A stretch of DNA of 64,000 bases from positions 17,756,628 through 17,820,627 of the forward strand of contig CM119263.1 in NCBI GenBank assembly GCA_051294375.1, in the 5' to 3' direction. Within the stretch, counting starts at the first letter, position 1, and each line of letters opens with the position of its first letter. Origin of the DNA: Paraspadella gotoi. Lineage: Eukaryota > Animalia > Chaetognatha. This document shows, piece after piece, positions 50,004 through 64,000 of the stretch. The notes under the pieces are model-generated. The model searched no databases, was not told the DNA's origin, and saw only the letters and a list, made by a program, of their open reading frames with translations. The translations under genes were made by a program, and so were the position numbers.

Positions 50004-50887
50004 TATTTAAAGAGACTTTAATTAATCGGCCGGAGAAAAATTGGTGAAAGTTTCGCCTGGATTTTTCGACCTCGACCAACGCGTCATTTCCTTCGGCGCC
50101 ATTAATATATTTATTTAATCTTATTCATTAAATGGAGATTAGGGAGATTTATTTTATATGTTCACTTTTTTTTTGTGTGAGTCGATTATGGTCCAAACGG
50201 TTTCGCCAAATAAATTTGACGCCAAGTGTCGACGCCACATCGAGTCGCCATCGAATGACCAAAAAATACCGAAAATAGATTTACAGTGGAAAAAAGTCCT
50301 GGCAAATTTGGTGATCGATGTGATCAAAAATCTACATTTAAAAAAAAAAGGAAACCAGTGAAAAATAGGAAGAAGGAAGGAGAGCAGAGGACCACGAGAA
50401 CAACGGAAAGTAAAAACAGTGAAAGAACAACTTCCAAATCGGCAAAAAAATTGATTTAAATATTAAATATTAAATTCCCCTCAGAAATCGTACGTTGGAA
50501 GCGTAGTCGTCATTAAAATGATATTTATCGAGTTTCTCGCTCAACATCCGCAATAATCCGTATTTCCGACGTCGACCGAGACTCACCTCCATTTCGTCCT
50601 TCTGTTCTGGAACCAAGTCTTGACTTGAGCGTCAGTCATCTTGAGTTGTTTGGCCAGAGTCGATCTCTCGCTCGAAGCCAAATATTTTTGCCTCATGAAT
50701 CTGAAGGAGACGAAAAAGGAGGGGAAAGTTAAGATTAAGATTGGCGGCGGCGTCTAAGCGGCGAAGGGTGAGGCCTGAACTCACCTTTTCTCGAGTTCGC
50801 AGATTTGCTGCCGCGTGAATGAAGTCCTCGGCTTCTTTCTTTTGGGCGGAGTCCGGTTCTGGTAGGGATGGCCGATCCGACGAGTGA
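45132..50887 (-). CDS. Tlx: Tlx/Hox11 (C15/clawless) NK-class homeobox gene, 3' five exons; 5' exons unresolved
   Basis: Exons: 50887-50785 ([34 protein letters not shown]), 50700-50587 ([38 protein letters not shown]; Thr47 diagnostic), 45904-45838 ([22 protein letters not shown]), 45656-45513 ([19 protein letters not shown]), 45392-45132 (P/S-rich tail, TGA). Canonical splice sites. Confidence 0.96.
48944..49113. other. Assembly gap (170 N) at a CT microsatellite
   Basis: N run. The equivalent region in the duplicate (~60140-60258) is CT repeat. Confidence 0.99.
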
Positions 50888-51187
50888 CTGAGAATAATAG
50901 GGTAAAAATTATGAGATGTTTACCCAAACAATGAATTCATCTATTATTCCTTCCTTCATTCATTCATTCATTAACACATTCATTAGTTTATTATGAAATT
51001 AATTTAACTGCTTTCTTTCGTTCTTTCTNNNNNNNNNNCTTTCTTTCTTTTTCGCTTTATTGTCTTCATGACGTGCGAATTGACGAGTGAGCTGAGGCCA
51101 TAGTGGGCGTGGCCTCTTTCTTCATGGCATTTCCGGTCGAGGCTCGAGACGTGGGATAAATCATCTCACTTACCCGAAAACAAATTG

Positions 51188-51212
51188 NNNNNNNNNNNNN
51201 NNNNNNNNNNNN
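51188..51212. other. Assembly gap (25 N) at the junction of the duplicated blocks
   Basis: Exactly 25 N separate the end of copy A from the start of copy B. A further 10-N gap lies at 51029-51038. Confidence 0.99.
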
Positions 51213-51213
51213 A

Positions 51214-62506
<11,293 letters not shown>

Positions 62507-62725
62507 GTGAGTCAACATAAAATTGGAACAAATACGGACTCTTTACGAGAGCGAAGGAGAGAGAAGAGAGAGAGAGAGAGAGAAGAAGAGAGAGAGGAGA
62601 AGACGAGAGAAGAGAGAGAGGAGAGAGAGAGAGGAGAGAGAGAGAGAGCGTGCGTTTATATATCTGAAACCTTTAGCCCGAAATCTTTCCTTCACTCCTT
62701 TTATGCCTAATCGACGTTGTCATCA

Positions 62726-62762
<37 letters not shown>

Positions 62763-64000
62763 GTTAGTATTCCCAAGACAATCATTGCCAACTCATGAAG
62801 ACGATATTCTCGAAAATGATGAAAGAAGATCGGGAAGAGGAGGAGAAGGAATCGTGCCGAGGGAGAAAGAAAAAAAAAAGACAGAGAGGGAGTAGGGAGA
62901 GAGAGAGAGAGGGAGAGAGAGTCAGGGGAGAGGGAGAGAGAATATTGCGGACCGCGAAAACTTTTCGTGGAAGATAATTGAATTAAGAATAAATTGCATG
63001 AAGAGAACTGAAGAGGAAGAGGAGGAGGAGGAGGAGGAGGAGGAGGCGTGGAGATGAGAAAGAGGCGAGGTTTCAAAAGGTTGCGGATTCTGATGAAAAA
63101 CGAAGGATTTGAAATTGATTTTGACTGACAAGTTGAGGAGCTAAAATTGGCGCCAAAATCTGGAATGAGGGTCTCGCGTTGAGGTGGCGCCCGCAACGTG
63201 GAAATTGGTGACTGACTGATGGAATTCGAGGGGCGACCAAGGGGTGGCACCAAATGTAAATGTATTATGGAATCATGTGTGACCTGAAGGAAAATAAAAT
63301 TTAGTTTAGAAACTAAAAATTCAAAAGAACAATTATTCTTATAAAAAAATTACTAATTATTTACTAGGAATTTTTTTACATTTTATGACTTATTATTTAA
63401 ATGTTTTCCTAAATTTTTCCTACCCTTTTTCCACTTTCCGCTATTTTCTTTTCCTACTCTTCAGGTAGGAAAGGCAAGATGGAAATCTCATCGAAAGAAG
63501 AAAAAGAAAAACAATAACAGATAAAGGAAAAAAAAAGTTCTTGCGTCAACATCATAAAGAGAGAAAGTTTATTGCTTCGGGACTCAATGAAACGATACTT
63601 TGTCGTAGTTCGTCGTCGTCGTCGTCGTCGTCGTCGACTTCCTCTTTATCTTCCTCCACTCATTTCTTTCTTTCTCCCAAAGGTGTTGTTAGGGAATAAG
63701 AGATTCATTTACATATTTGGGTCCGACTTCTATTTCGAATCGTTGTTTCTGTTGTTGTTGTTGTTATTCGGATCGGGCGTTTTTAGTAAGGCGGGACAGA
63801 ATTTAAAGTTATTTAAAGTCTTGTATAAGGTATAATGTAATTATTCTTACATATTAAATTTATGAGTTCTAAAACTTTTTCAACTAGCAAAACATATTAT
63901 GGCTTTAAAATATTTAAAAGGACAGATGTTTTTTAATGATAGTAGTATCCGATCGTAATATTACAAACTTATTGGGCGTCTCACGTATCCGGTTTAACCG

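Overview
AT-rich, intron-rich invertebrate (metazoan) genomic DNA. Four spliced or single-exon housekeeping genes lie on the + strand: the 3' part of ATP-citrate lyase (1-3053), a long-chain acyl-CoA synthetase (6833-12444), an intronless 1888-aa FHA + C2H2 + Sen1/senataxin-like SF1B helicase (13934-19600) and RMND5/Gid2 (21383-26885). About 18 kb of repeat-rich non-coding DNA follows, then a Tlx/C15 homeobox gene on the - strand (45132-50887, 5' exons not resolved). The block 40371-51187 recurs at 51214-62506 as an indel-riddled copy beside a 25-N gap, most likely a long-read gap-filling artifact. Top finding: a dispersed ~255-bp LTR-like element (TG...TA ends, ~4-bp TSD, 3 copies) whose centre folds by eye into a type-P5 twister self-cleaving ribozyme with a covarying T1 pseudoknot and a palindromic, probably dimer-forming P1. 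This resembles a twister-based retrozyme. A diverged sister element (20708-20946) and a Penelope-type minimal hammerhead (25316-25359) are also present. All structural calls were made by eye and need covariance-model and biochemical confirmation.
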